A DNA stretch of 63,735 nt, filler included, from Bigelowiella natans CCMP2755 (GCA_000320545.1; 8 parts of 8 records of this genome joined end to end with filler, not necessarily neighbours in it), one strand, 5' to 3'; positions 25,738-40,079 are shown, counted from the first letter of the whole stretch. The notes: generated by a model from the sequence alone, not told the origin. Translations and numbers: made by a program.

Positions 25738-26469
25738 TGTAGCGCGTACCACTACGCGGGCACAAGTCACGTGCGACAACAAAGGGGTTGTCGCGGATAT
25801 AGAATATAGATAACGTAGATATTAATACAGCATAGGCACGTGGGTTCCGGCGGGACTCATGGCAGCACACCGGAAGTGTGCTGCCCCACGTGCGGCGGCA
25901 TTCGCGAAAGCTTCGCGAATGATTACGCAGTGCACGATTTAATAAAAATATAATCTTTAATAAAAATAAACACAACTCTTCAAAAGGAAGCAAACGTGCC
26001 TTTCCCCCCCCCTGCCTACTTGTGCACGTAGCGCCTCGGCCTGTGAACACCTTACGCGCAACAACCTTTGGCTTCCACACACGGGAAACGATTTGACTAA
26101 CAATGTCACAGCAGCTAGAAGAACAGCAGGACTTTGGCTCGCAGGCCGTGCAAGGGCACGAGCAGAAACAGGAAAGGAAGGGCGATACGGACGCTAAGGA
26201 AGGAGGAGGAACACCTCCACAGGCACCGCCGGGACCAGCACCCGGGATTAAGAAAGCAGATGCAGCAGCAGAGGCACTGGAGAACTTCTACGAGGCGGAC
26301 GACGAGGACGTGGCCGCCGAAAGCAAGAAGGTCGTAATGGCATTACGAGCCTTGCGACCCAGGGCGAGCAACTACGCCAAACTGAAAGTATCGATAGAAT
26401 ACAAGTATCAGACACATGATGTTTGGGCAGCTATCATGCAGGACATCATGGATTACGAAGCAGACTACC
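25738..26469 (+). mobile_element. Ty1/Copia LTR retrotransposon 5' end (LTR about 25738-25982, leader, start of gag), cut by the contig end
   Basis: A TGTAG...CTTCA-bounded 245-bp unit with AATAAA is near-identical to 60457-60699 but has a different upstream flank. It is followed by an intronless ORF. Confidence 0.8.
26103..26469 (+). CDS. Copia-type Gag N-terminus (truncated)
   Basis: The ORF MSQQLEEQ...SNYAKLKVSIEYKYQTHDVWAAI matches the Copia gag N-terminal pattern NYxxWxxxMxxxLxxxDLWxxI. Confidence 0.65.
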
Positions 26470-26569
26470 NNNNNNNNNNNNNNNNNNNNNNNNNNNNNNN
26501 NNNNNNNNNNNNNTTAATTAATTAANNNNNNNNNNNNNNNNNNNNNNNNNNNNNNNNNNNNNNNNNNNN
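26470..26569. other. Artificial contig linker
   Basis: Same 100-nt spacer. Confidence 0.97.
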
Positions 26570-26644
26570 GAAAACTCCCCAACCTCCGTCCCCCCCCCCC
26601 CCGCCCCCCCTTCCCCTTCCAACAACACACAACAGCATGATTTA

Positions 26645-27306
26645 CCTTTCGACTGCGAGCCGAAGGCATTGCCGCCACCAAGGCCACCGCCCCCATTGTT
26701 CCCTCCTTTGTTGTTCTGGTGATGTATTTAGATCGCAACGCATGCTATCAAAAACAAGCTTTTTCGAGCTTTCTCCTCGTATAATTGCAGATACGTGTAT
26801 AATTCCAAGATAACATATTTTTCTTTCGGAGAACATGAAAGGGGGGTCTCGTAGCACGAGAAATGAAAGTGGCGTTCCAAGCAGAATCATCGATGCTCTC
26901 GCTATGAATAATACATGATTACAGATCACATTCATTCACCCCCCCCCTCCACCCCAAGTAACCCTTCCCTTCTTTTTTTAAATCTCGTCAGCGTGTGCTA
27001 GATTACATTGGTGTAATCTTCCCAACGCAGTTCCTCAAAGTTTTTATCTGATCGTTTGTACCTTGATGATAAATGAGAAAGAAACAAAGGTGCTGATTAT
27101 TGTATGTAGCAGTGGTAGTAGCATAGTTGTAGTTGTTGTAAGGCTAGAAACAAAGTGCTGCAACGTTCCCGTCTTTACTTCCTATTTTTCCTTGTAGGAT
27201 TGACACATGCATCATCCATGCTCACACTCGAAATGAACAGAGGAATGGCGGATGGTAGTGATACGACATTCATATTTACTCTAGCGTCGTGAAAATCAAA
27301 CTGCAC

Positions 27307-27341
<35 letters not shown>

Positions 27342-27649
27342 TATTCAAAGAACTGTACTGGTCCATCTTCGTAATGCTCTGGTGTAGCTCGACGCTGCTG
27401 GAGCCGTTGTTTTTCTGATGCCGCTCCTAATTTGTTGTTGTTGTTGTTAATGGTTGGTTCTCATACTACGTTAGCACTACCAATTTAACAATTCTTCCAT
27501 TTTTAAGAGTGGAATGATGGAGTGTGGAATGGAACGAACATAGTGGATCATGATGTACTACTTCCTGTGTCGTCGTCACTCTTATCTGACACAACTACCG
27601 CTATAACACACACACACACGCACGCACGCACGCACGCACACGCACACAA

Positions 27650-27681
<32 letters not shown>

Positions 27682-27843
27682 TCATCATCATCATATTATT
27701 ATTAGCTACAAGACACGCAGTCATGCTCTATGTTGTGAGATGGCTTGGAGGCCATTTCTATTAAAACACGTGAAACTTGGTAGGATTCTCATGATTGTCA
27801 CAAGTTCTTCTTCATCCATGTACTGATACTACTATTACTACTT

Positions 27844-27877
<34 letters not shown>

Positions 27878-29365
27878 CACGACAAACACACCTGAGTCGG
27901 TTGAAACGCTATCTTCGTTCCTACAACCTCAGAGGTCCCGAAGCCGCCACCATAACCACCACCGAACGCTCCGGAGGAAGAAGAAGATCCAAAACCTGTA
28001 AGATGAACAACGATGAGCCCCAAAGGAATGGCGATGATTGGTGATGATGTTGATGATGATAGCATAGCTTTAGATGTGGAATGGAGATCCGAAACGGGAA
28101 AAAGGTTTTATTGAAATTATGAAGTAACAACGGCATTACTCTTTCGTCGTGAAGATGATCGATCAGCACGTACAACTACTACATCACCAACCACCATGCA
28201 AATACTACTCTCACACGTCAGACACCACCACCACCACCACTACCACTACCACCCACCATCTCATTACCTCCTGACATTCCAAAACCGCCGTTGTTGTTGT
28301 TTCCACCACCGCCGAAGCCACCACCACTATTACTGCCGAAGCCCCCTAGGTTAACAGTACCACATCAGCACAAAATCACCGTGTTGTACGCCGCTGCTTC
28401 TTCTTCCTCCCCCAATTTTCAATGACATAAACTGCTATCGATGATCCCCCCCGTGGTAAACCACCCCATTTTCAGCCTTGGAAATACACTATGGCAGCTG
28501 TGTGGCGTCATTTATTTTTTCCTTTTGCAGATCGCTGGGAATAATACCAGAAGAATCAAAACCGCCTCCGCTTCCGCCAAAGCTAGCAGATCCACCGAAC
28601 CCGCCATTGCTACTGCCACCTGGAATTCATTCAGAAAAAATGTGAGTTGTCCACATAGGCTCTCACCTACTGTGGATGATTTGGGAAGAAATTGATAATG
28701 CATATAGCACAGGATACGACTGAAGCATTTTGCTGTTATTTTTGTTGCTGTTTTCACACTACTATGTTTGGCTTTGGAATGCACTTCCAGTAGAATTAAT
28801 TCGAGACGCAGATTTGTTGTGTGTTCGGAGTGATATCAGTACCAAAGCCTCCATTTCCACCACCACCGCCGAAACTGTTTGATCCAAAGCCACCGCCACC
28901 GCCGCTAGGATAAATGCAAAAAATTTAAATCATTGCCTTTCTTTTACGAACACGCAAATCAAGAGGATGAATACATATATATTTCGTAACGTTTTAGGAA
29001 TGGCGTGCATGTAATGCGAGCATCTCAAACAACGTAGCCATTCGTTACCCGGAATTGAAACCATTGCTCTGGTTGCCAAATCCTCCTCCCCCCCCATTGT
29101 TATTATTGGTTCCTGAGGGGAAAAGGTCAGAACGACGGAAGTAGTCTCAGAGTATCCTTGTTTTACCGAATCCTCCTCCAAATCCTCCGCTGCCAAATCC
29201 GTTGCCACCTCCTCCTCCGAAACCTCCACCTCCCCCTCCCCCAAAATCACCTAGGGAAAACACCAAATATTTATTCATGCAACCTGTTCAGGAGACTAAT
29301 CAGATGTTTTTGTGCATCATACCGTTACCACCAAAGCCACTGCCAAACCCTCCACTAAAGGACAT
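26645..29365 (-). CDS. NUP98: Nup98/Nup116-like FG nucleoporin, N-terminal part (3' cut by the contig end)
   Basis: It starts MSFSGGFGSGFG and has several GGFG/SFG-rich exons, then GTKIAFQPTQ|ERHQ...HQSITKMDQ|YKRSDKNFEELRWEDY, which is the GLEBS (Rae1-binding) motif. Confidence 0.85.
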
Positions 29366-29630
29366 TCAGGGTTCCTATAAGTGTACTGAGCCTGTTTCTG
29401 CGGGAGCGCGCAGAGGCGGGACCGAGATGGAAGAAAGTTCTCCAGCGATTCACTTGATTTCGACTGTAAAATATACCCTGCGTCATCAAAAACTAAATGT
29501 CACACTACCAAAATACCTAATCCGATAAAATAATCCTCTTTTTCCCGCGAAATTTTATGCATGAGGTTTGCGTTGAGAAAGCAAGGCCGTGATGGCATTC
29601 AGATAAAAAACACAACCACCAATCTCCTAG

Positions 29631-30463
29631 ATGTCGAGCAGCACTTTCTTACATTCGTAATCTTGGTAATTGACTACTTCAAAGTCTCGGTTTACGTCGT
29701 CTTTTACAGAATTTAAATCTGTAAACTTCGAATCCTTTTCCTTCGTGCATGCTCTTCTCCAGTCAACTGCTCAGAACAACCCTCAGAACAACTTAATCCA
29801 CAAAATTGGTGGGCATGGATAATCAAAGCTCTAAAGCAGCACTTTCCGACGGAGAAGGGATAAAGTAGCTAAGATAGCCAAATATCGCAAGGCGCATGGA
29901 TAAAACAGCACCCTATTTTTCCCAGATGAACATCACGAAGAAGTACCAACCGGCGTGACTTCAATCGTTGATTCCGGGTGACTTCAGTTCCCCCCCATCC
30001 GAGGGGAGCCATTCTCTAAGTCTCTACAAACTAGCTACCAGCAACGAGTGTCAGCTGGTGGGAGGATTCCTTATGGGGATTCAAGTTTCCATACACAACG
30101 ACACCGAGTATGATCCAATCAAGGGCGAGGTTCTTCTCCTTGGTGGAGCGAAGGTGTGTAGAGATCTAGACACAAATAAATCGACGTGCAATCCCTTAAC
30201 CGGTTTATTTTAGTTCCCATCGCAATGGTCTTTCGAGCTGTCTCCCGGGGAGCTCATATCGAAAAAGGATCAGGGCATTAGTGCAAGGTAGACAAAAATG
30301 TACAAAGCCATTCATCTTCCGTCAGATACGTAACATGTTGTGTTGCAGCTGTCCATACGATCTCATAGTGTACATACCGAACTTCGACAAAACTGGGAAG
30401 CTCAAACGAATTTCTCATCGATTCAAAGCGCCCTCTTCCAGTGGAAACCTCAACATGTCCTAA
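29631..30463 (+). CDS. Small multi-exon hypothetical protein, divergent from NUP98; start uncertain
   Basis: The last three exons are phase-consistent with short GT-AG introns: NECQLVGGFLMGIQVSIHNDTEYDPIKGEVLLLGGAK|FPSQWSFELSPGELISKKDQGISAS|CPYDLIVYIPNFDK...NMS*. Confidence 0.5.
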
Positions 30464-31063
30464 ATACATCTAAATTTTGAAATTTATAAGATTGACTAAA
30501 CCAGACTCGTCCTTGCAAGTTTTCACTCCAAATAAGATATAATATATATACACATCTGTCCCACTTTATCTTCACACAAACATGACCATAAATAAATACG
30601 TGCCGTTACAGATACATTCAAGATGTTATCGTAGAAGCTAAGAAAAAAGCGATACAAGAGTCAATGCGAATTAGGAAAAACGCAGTGAAGAAGGGAGGAA
30701 GGTGATACGAGACCATAAATTTCAGAATACAACACGAATCCTCTTTCAATACACATTGATGTAACGTATTGCGCATTAAAATTTGGTTTTATCTTTTCGA
30801 AGGATACACGAAAGTCAAAGCCCCGCACGACGCAAACGAAGGGTAATTCGAAATGATCATGCAACGTGTGTTTATATTCACACGGTTGTACATGAACAAT
30901 ACACACTATGCACGCATACATGATTGACATAACTTATAATGTGTGCGTGCGTGCGTGTGTGTGTGTATGTATGTGTGTGTGTGTGTGTGTGTCATGATGA
31001 AGAATTTCAAACGGTTGTACATGCTACCTTATGCACTGCCATCATAAGCATCATCATAAGCAT

Positions 31064-31096
<33 letters not shown>

Positions 31097-31664
31097 TGCA
31101 CTGCCTTGATTCTATAAAGAATGGTGACGGGGATGCTGAACAATTCATGCCAGGTTACACATGCCGATCTAGACATCCCCTCCCCAACACACCACTACGA
31201 CAACACTAGTGCTAGAACAAAGACTAGTTTTACATAGGAATGTAAAAAAGTAAAAGAGACGGGGGCATGTTTGAAATTGAAGTGGTTAATGTGTGTATCA
31301 GAAGAAAGGGGGGGAGCGAGTCAGTCTCCAAGATCAACGGCTGTTAGTCCAATACATAGGAATATTGATCCCGGTATCAGATATGTAGTAGTAGTTGTAG
31401 TAGTAGTAGTAGTAATAGTAGTGGTAGTGGTAATATGGAGGCAGTGTTGATGGTGTATATTACTACAGCTGCTACTGTTATTGTTTGAAATACATGCCGC
31501 AACCATATTGAGCGAGAACATTCGCGCGCACGCGTTAAACACACAATTCATACTTGCAAACGATCAAGATTGTTATAAGATATATAATTGCTATACTCAC
31601 ACTACCCGCGAAGATTCGCCACTGGGTTCTCCTCAAAGTGGTACGCGTCTATCTACAATTTCTG

Positions 31665-31698
<34 letters not shown>

Positions 31699-32734
31699 GT
31701 AGCAGCGGTAACTACTTAAATTCGTCGATCCTTGCACGATCATGCGTTTGGAGAAATGACGATTGGATGGGCTCGGCTTGATGTGCCTGATGATGTACCA
31801 GGTGGTCGCTTCTCGACGCATAACGGCGTATTGAAAACCCCGCTGGGAATTGCAAGCGTAATTTGTTCATTTGTTTCGACACGACGATCTCCCACACATG
31901 TGTTTTCGCTATGAGTGCGATGCGCACACGCACAAACATATATTATGTGATATAGCGTGCGTGTGTTATATACTTGTAGAGAGAGAGAGAGAGTCGAAAC
32001 ATATATGGACTTTTGTATTTAAGCGACACCGCGTTTCATAGGAAATATCATCACCAGCATCATCACACGACACTTTCTTTTCACCACCACCGCCACCAGC
32101 AATAATTGCTATCTACTACTACTTTTACCACCACAAGTGCTGCTGTCTGAACATGATTTATAATAATACTTTTACAGCTGAGCGTGCTCAAAAAACCTCT
32201 GGACAAAACGGCTATGGGAGAAAGCAAAGGTGATGATGATGGTGGTGATGATGATGCGTGAGCAAATACATGATCGATCCATCCATCCACACATCTAGCT
32301 GATAGCCGCGAACCATTATTACCGTTACTTCCTCTTCTTCTTCTTCTTCTTCTTCTTCTTCTTCTTCTGGTGTTTTTCGTTTCCTTCCCCTTCCTTCCTC
32401 GGTCTCTATCTACGAGCAGACATCCTATCATCTCCTACGAGTGACGACGATCAAAAGAGTAGTAATGCGTCGCTTCCTAAGGTCGGTCGGTCGGTCAGTG
32501 TGTGTCTCTCTTCGTCCACACATATATCCTATCCCTAGAGGGGGGGGATGTGGAAGTGATGATGATGGTGATGATCAACGCGTAAAAGAAGAAGAAGGAA
32601 TGCGGCGATAGTCAGCTCAGAGCCCGTCTTCCAAGAACTTGCTACTAGCAGAGCATGTTGGATGAGAGAGCAATTGCTACAGCATCGTTGTGCTTGCTTG
32701 CATAGAGGGGCGCACACGATGTGTGTGTGTGTGT

Positions 32735-32782
<48 letters not shown>

Positions 32783-32955
32783 TGTTTGGGGAAGCGTGAG
32801 ATCAGCATTGACACGTGATGTTGCAAACTTCTCATGTGCATTCAGCATCAAGGGCCTGATGCGTTTTCGGAAAATTTGAATAAACGGCGGGAAAGACTTC
32901 GGTGAGTGAGGAGTTTGCATTCTGTCCACATCAGCTCGAAATCATCATCGTCGTA

Positions 32956-33045
<90 letters not shown>

Positions 33046-33209
33046 GAATCATTTGTGCGTCGTGTGAGATAGTGAAAATGTACACTACTTCCTTCGGCAA
33101 GAAAATGATATACTTCCCGTCATAATCTCTTATCTCTTTCTACTCTCTTCTCCTATCTCTCTCCCCCTCTCTCCTTCTCTACCGATGCTGTCGAACAACT
33201 CGCCTTTAG

Positions 33210-33487
33210 GCTTGAACAGCAAAGCACACTCTCATGGATTCTGAACGATGTTGCTGAATGGGCTGCTAAGGATCTCACGAAGACCATTCTAACATTTGCA
33301 CTTATGCTCGTTTTCGGTCGGTGGTCATCGTAGCGAATTTGACTTGTTGTAGGGACGATATAAGAACATTGGGGGATGGGAAGGGGGGAGAGTTAATAGG
33401 TAGCCAACCACGTCCTTAGTGTCAATGAATCAAATTAAGTGCACAGCTCGAAGAACTATCATCATCATCATCATCATCTTCATCATC

Positions 33488-33528
<41 letters not shown>

Positions 33529-34232
33529 GTTCAGGATATTGGATTATTGCATGGTTGAATGACGGTGGTATTTCTCTGGCCGTCCCTGCGGTAATTGGGG
33601 CTATAGGAATCGCTCTATTTCATCCAAGGCAAGTGCTACCTCTGCCTGCCTGCCTGCCTGGTGTACCTGTCCCACACAAATACTCAGTAGAGAACAAGAT
33701 ACACAATGACAACGAACAAACGTGCAAACTCCTGAAAAGAATAAGTGGTTCAAAAACCACATCGTGCAGCATATGTAAACCCTCCCCCCCCCCCACACTA
33801 TGAACGACCTGTGTCTTCTTCTTCTTCTTCTTCTTCTTCTTCTTCTTCTGCTGCTGCTGCTGCTATGATGGTTGCGACCATAGGATCGTGGGGTGGATGT
33901 TGACTGTCATCCTCCGTTACACCGCCCTCAATGGATTTCCAATGGACTTCAAAACGGTACAGGGAGGACAGCAATTCGGGAATGGGACGACGATGACGAC
34001 GACTATTACGATAATTCTTAGGGAGTGAATTGAGGGAGGCGGGGGGAGAGTTCTCTTACCGAATTATTATTTATTGTTTCATTGTTATCGTCGTCTTAGG
34101 TGCATCTCGGTCCTTCAATATGGGGAAATCGCTTGTACCTTTCTATCCTAGCTATGGACGTAGGCTTTGGAAACCCTCCCGACTTTCCCCACCAGTATTT
34201 TGTCAAGTGCAAAAAGGTACTGCTGCCACTAT

Positions 34233-34267
<35 letters not shown>

Positions 34268-34387
34268 GATCAACACACTAGATGAGAAGAAGTAGAAGAA
34301 AGATACCACAGAGGAGAAGAAGAAAATGATGATGATGAAAACGAAGAAACAACTATAGGAAGGATGATGATGATGATGATGATGATG

Positions 34388-34420
<33 letters not shown>

Positions 34421-34587
34421 GAGAGATAGAGACAAAGAAAGAGAGAGAGAATGTGTATGTAATATACAAATCTTGACATGTATCATAACATTATTATATG
34501 AAACACTCTCTTTTACTGCAGATATGATAAAAATATTATCTGCTCTTCCCCAACCTGCCCCTCTCTTTCCCTTTCTCTCTCTCGTTA

Positions 34588-34622
<35 letters not shown>

Positions 34623-35197
34623 AACACACGCACGCACATACACCCTCTCCGAAAATGATCACATCTTCTATTATTAGGTTTCGTTGCAATTATCGATGAA
34701 ACTGACAGATTTGGTCAACCTGGCTCGGTGGACGAGTGCCCCATGGTCGTCACTAAGTCCACTCAATAATTTCGGCACAACAATGATGATTTTCCCCGCC
34801 ATTCCACGACAATCGTTCGATCTACGAATATAGATGATGAACCTACAAAATCATGTCAAACACAAATGAATGTCATAGCCGCCGTGTCGTACCAGTTGAG
34901 CGTGGTTTGGGGATTCGGAGCAGATGGAATTGATCTCTGCAACGCTTCTGTTCTTTTTCTTCTTCTTCTTCTTCTTCTTCTGATTTAGGTCTCCATTCCC
35001 TTCCGAGTGTCGGAAAATCATTGGAGCGCAGGTACTAGTTGTACGTTGCAACACTCACTAGTTAAGAGGAGATGTACTAGTTGTACGTTGCAACACTCAC
35101 TAGTTAAGAGGAGATGCGAGGAGGAGGATGGGGAAATGATGATGGGGAGAGGGGTGGGGGAAGGGGGGAAGCTTAAGGAACTAATTAACAAATATGT

Positions 35198-35237
<40 letters not shown>

Positions 35238-35854
35238 CTCTTCGTCTCCATTCTCTCTATAGTTGCATTCCTTTGTACCAGCACATCTCATTACAAAAAT
35301 AGTTGGTCACCATCGTCGTCACTACTATCTTTATCATCATCATATGCATCATCGGCAATGCCGTTTTTTCCCCTTCTGAATAGCTAAATAATTAAACAAT
35401 CACCACCAGGATGGGACTATTTCCTGGCACGTAGAGGGTGTCGGCCTGCTTCCACCGGGTCATAGGCATGATAGAAAGTGCTACATAAAGGTAGTAATCA
35501 TTGTAAGTGACTAGTAGCAACAGCAGCAGCAAACGGGAGAGTGTCTACAATACTGAGCACTATCGAAGAGATAGGGATCTAGAGTCGTGAATATTTACGA
35601 ACAAAAATTTAGACGATAATTACGTGGCACCCAAATTCATCGCAAACCAGGCGTGCCAGGACAAAATATATAAAAAGAAATAGAATTTCAATACGCAACT
35701 ACCGTGCACGTGAAGTCCTAAAGTGTTGATCCTCCGCTGCTCTAATTTCCACTGCTAGCTGACGTGTATTTGTGGAAATCGCTGCCGAACTCTGCCGACC
35801 AGCTTTTTACTACTCACTCTGATAAAAAGCAGGAATGGCAGGGAGGAAGAAATT

Positions 35855-35887
<33 letters not shown>

Positions 35888-36079
35888 TGTTCTGACGATG
35901 TATTATTCTTATTGGAAATGTAGGTGAAAGTCGGTGAAAAAACCTTAAAGAAAACAGAGCTGCTCAAATCAACGCCTGAAAATAGCTTTGACTTTGGAGT
36001 CATCCAAATTCCTTATCGGTAGGTAGCAAGACGTGGATTTTCAAGTGACAATAGTATGTGAATGCAGTTAGGGAAAACA

Positions 36080-36120
<41 letters not shown>

Positions 36121-36917
36121 TATACATTTGTTCCGTACATGGTCAGGAACATTCGGCATCGAGACAAAATTACTTTAACTGTGTGGGAAAAATCCCATTC
36201 TGGGGGGAGTAAGACCTTCAGGTTGTGTAGTAGTAGTAGTAGTAGTAGTTGTTGTAGTAGTAGCAGTGTGCGCGTGTAACAAATGTGGGAGGAGGAAAGG
36301 GAGGAGGATATTGAGAGATAAATGCCTCGAGGCGCATACAGTTCTTACCTGTTGCATCATGAAGGCTCTACTCTTGCTACTGATGATGATAATGATGATG
36401 ATGGTAATAATGATACACTTCCTCACATTCATTTTATTGAAATTGTTTGATCGAAAAAGGGGGGAGACGCGTCTCTCGATCGAGGACATCAAAGCGTGCG
36501 GTGCAGGTCGCGAACATGCAACTAGTTGAAGAATCTGAAGGAACAAAAATTTACGTGCATTTTCGGTTCATAACAGCAATGAATAGCCGCAGGACAAAAC
36601 AGATCATTTCTGCTTTAGTTTCTGCTTTTCTCGACTTCTTCTTATGTCGGAACGAAGCGTGATGTTTCTCGTCGTCCTCGTTCCGATCCTCACGCCTTCT
36701 GTCAATATTAGTGCTCGATGTTGTCGTCCTTAGAAGCTTTTTTTTAGCTGCAGTCAGTACCCCCCCCCCCCACCCCAAGAAGGAGAAGCAGAAGAAGAAA
36801 GGATATATCATCTAGATGGTTGTGTTTGTTGATCATCATTTTCAGGAAAGCACGGGAAGAGCCATACTCTTTACGATAAGAAAGGTATGTTGTTCAAATA
36901 CCGTTACCACTACTTTA

Positions 36918-36953
<36 letters not shown>

Positions 36954-37053
36954 GGATTTCACATGCACGTTAATTTGCTGTGGATGCCTTTACTTCCCAC
37001 AACAAGTCCCCTATTTTTCTGTCTCAGATAATATATACATTTTTTTAAATATT

Positions 37054-37085
<32 letters not shown>

Positions 37086-37189
37086 CGAATTTTCGGATGT
37101 TTTTCTGAATTATGTTCAATATATCATATGCCCGCTGAACTGAAATTTCGATTACACACGTATTTTATGTTGAAAACCACTTATATCTC

Positions 37190-37265
<76 letters not shown>

Positions 37266-40038
37266 TGTGCGCGCGAATCTCCACAAGGGACGGTATATGT
37301 CGATGCATGGCGAAAAGCAAACGGGAAGGGTCTTGATGGAAGAGGGCTCATTTCTCTACATCTGCAGGTAGTAGTAGGCACTGTGTAGCTTTACAACTAC
37401 TAGTGCGTGCCGGCAACAACAATGCTGGTGGTGGTGGTGGAAGGGGGGGGTAGGAGGAGGAGGAGGAGTAGAAGCTGACTGCGGATGTACGAACAGCGCG
37501 GTATAACTATGTGGGGAGGGGGGCATTCATTTGGCGAATTTCACTCGATCATCCTCATGGAATGTGACAGATATATTACTATTCATCGCTCCCCCTCCCC
37601 CCTCCTTCGTCATGCAGGCCAATTTGAACGACGATGTACTTCAAAGAGCGGGTTGGGGTGTGTGGGAATCCAATGAATTCCTACGTCCATACTGCCTTAT
37701 CTATGATGGCAAGAAACTGCTGAAAGAGACGAAAATCTGCCCTCTCCAGGTAGCAATTGTCATCGTAGTAGTAGTAGTAGTAGTAGTAGCAGCAGCACTG
37801 CTTTGTAGTGTTGTGTACGCAGACACATATGTATGCTGAAGAAGAAGAAGAAGAAGAAGAAGAAGAAGAAGAAGCCGCTAAACTCCGAGAGAGTAGTAGT
37901 AGTAGTAGCAGCAGCAGGAAGTAGTATTAGATACTATGCTTCAAAACAGATCGTCGTTTCTCCTTCTCTAACAAACGAGAGTTGGTTTTCCTCCTCCCCC
38001 TCCTCCGCCGCCGCCACCACCACCACCATCGCCGCCAACACTTCTAATCTTATTATCTCCATTATTATTATCTTAATTGCCCAGGGGAAGGAGCACCCTA
38101 AATGGGGGCCGATTACTCTAAACGTACAGGATTTATCTGCGGATTCTGTGCTGAGATTCGAGGTGAGGAAACTGATTAAATACAATTACAGATGCAATGT
38201 TGGTGATGATGATGACGACAACGACAGCGATTGATGCTAAGATGCAAAAAGAAAATGAAGAGAGAGGCAATGAGCATCTTTCTATTCTACAAAGAAGAAG
38301 GAGAACCATGGCGCTGATTTCAAATAGACATACGACGGAATACATCTATTCTCCCACGTCTGAATTCTTGTATATTATCATTTGTTGCTTTACATCACAG
38401 GTATGCTCTCATGGCGATGGCCCTTCCGGCGGAGCATTACTCGGAACTGCAAAGCTTCCCCTTCATGTATGCAACTACAATGATGCGAGAAAAGTCACAT
38501 CTACAACTACTACTACAACTACTACTACTACTACTGCCTATGTAGTGGTTGTGGTGGTGTCTAAAATAGTTGCGTATATTTTCTGTCACATCAAGGTTAT
38601 TGCGTCGAAGAAAAGCACACATTTAGTTCCGCTTCACAACATCCTCCGCCCCCCCCAGCTCTTCTCTCCCGTAGAATCGAGAAAGTTCCGGTAGTTGAGC
38701 GCAGTCGTTGTAGTAGTAGCTATTAGACTCTGCCTGCTCAAATGCTAAATATATTATTGTACCCTGTACTCTCAGGGCAGAGAGTGTGGTGGATGTTGGG
38801 AGAGTGAAAGAGAGAGGGGGGGGGGAAGAGACAGACAGAGAGAGAAAGAGAGAGAGGGAGAGAGAGAAAACATGATAGAACGTAGGTAGAGATAGATACG
38901 GACTAATCAACCCTACCCCCCCCCTCTTTGACTCAATAGCTGAATAAATGAATAAATGGATGAATCGAGCACTTTTGTCGCGGTCGTTATCGTCGTCGTT
39001 GGTGGTTGTTTGTACTATACATCATCAGGTTGGAATCGGTTATCCCCTTACCTCGGCGGGGTTCCCAATCATTCTTCCTCAACGCCGCGCACAAGCAGCT
39101 GCCGGCTGTCGACGACAGCACCGCTGCGGCCAATGATACTGCTGCTGAAAACGGCGATGACGATACTGACGACGACGACGACGACGACGTTGACGATTTG
39201 AAACGCTCGCATGCTGTCGAATCGCAGCCTGGGAAGCTGACAATTAGGGTACGCTGTTTCCCCGATGATGATGATGATGACGATGATGATGATGACGATG
39301 ACTGGCCAACCGACAACACAGCTTTTAACGAATGAATGAATGAAAAATGATCTTGCATCACCTCTTGCATCCAAAATTTGGGAATTGAATCATTCCTCCT
39401 CCTCTTTATCATCACCATCACAATACTACTCTTCCTACTATGGCTACTACTACCTACCTTTACCTGCTTACTACTTACTACTTACTACTACTGCTTCTAC
39501 TATTACTACTACTACTTCTACCACTACTACGCATATCATAACAATGATAATAATAAAATAATAATAACATCAAGGTCCGGAAAAAGGGTAATTTCAAAAT
39601 GCCCGTGCCAGAGTGGGATAAAGACAACAAGAACGGCGTGTCGGCCTTACGGATATCAAGCGTAACTCCTCCTCCTCCTCCTCCTTCCCCAAGCCCTCAA
39701 CAGCCCCAATCACCCAATCTATACATTATTGATTTTATTCCGGCATTCGGCTGAATGTTACGTTCCAAAGCAGAAGTCACAGCTGTTGTATTGTGCGGTT
39801 TTACGAAAAACGTGAATAGCGAATACTGCTATTGCATATTCGGTCATTCATTCATGTTGCCTGTAGGTGAGAACGACGTTTCTGGCTTCAAAACCAGCCT
39901 TCCTAGGGGTTGCAGACATCGACCATATTGAATTCGACACGGTAGAAGAAGCAGTGGTGGAAAATGCAGAAATCACATCATTGAGACGAATGCATGTATT
40001 CCGTGCATCACGTGGGCAATATCAGAAAGGACATCAAA

Positions 40039-40079
<41 letters not shown>

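Noticed and set aside
25837-25892. Canonical hammerhead ribozyme in the LTR
   Set aside because: The three-way topology is present, but the catalytic core nucleotides (CUGANGA, GAAA, UH) are not.
35032-35115. CRISPR-like repeat
   Set aside because: Two abutting copies with no spacer, inside a eukaryotic intron.
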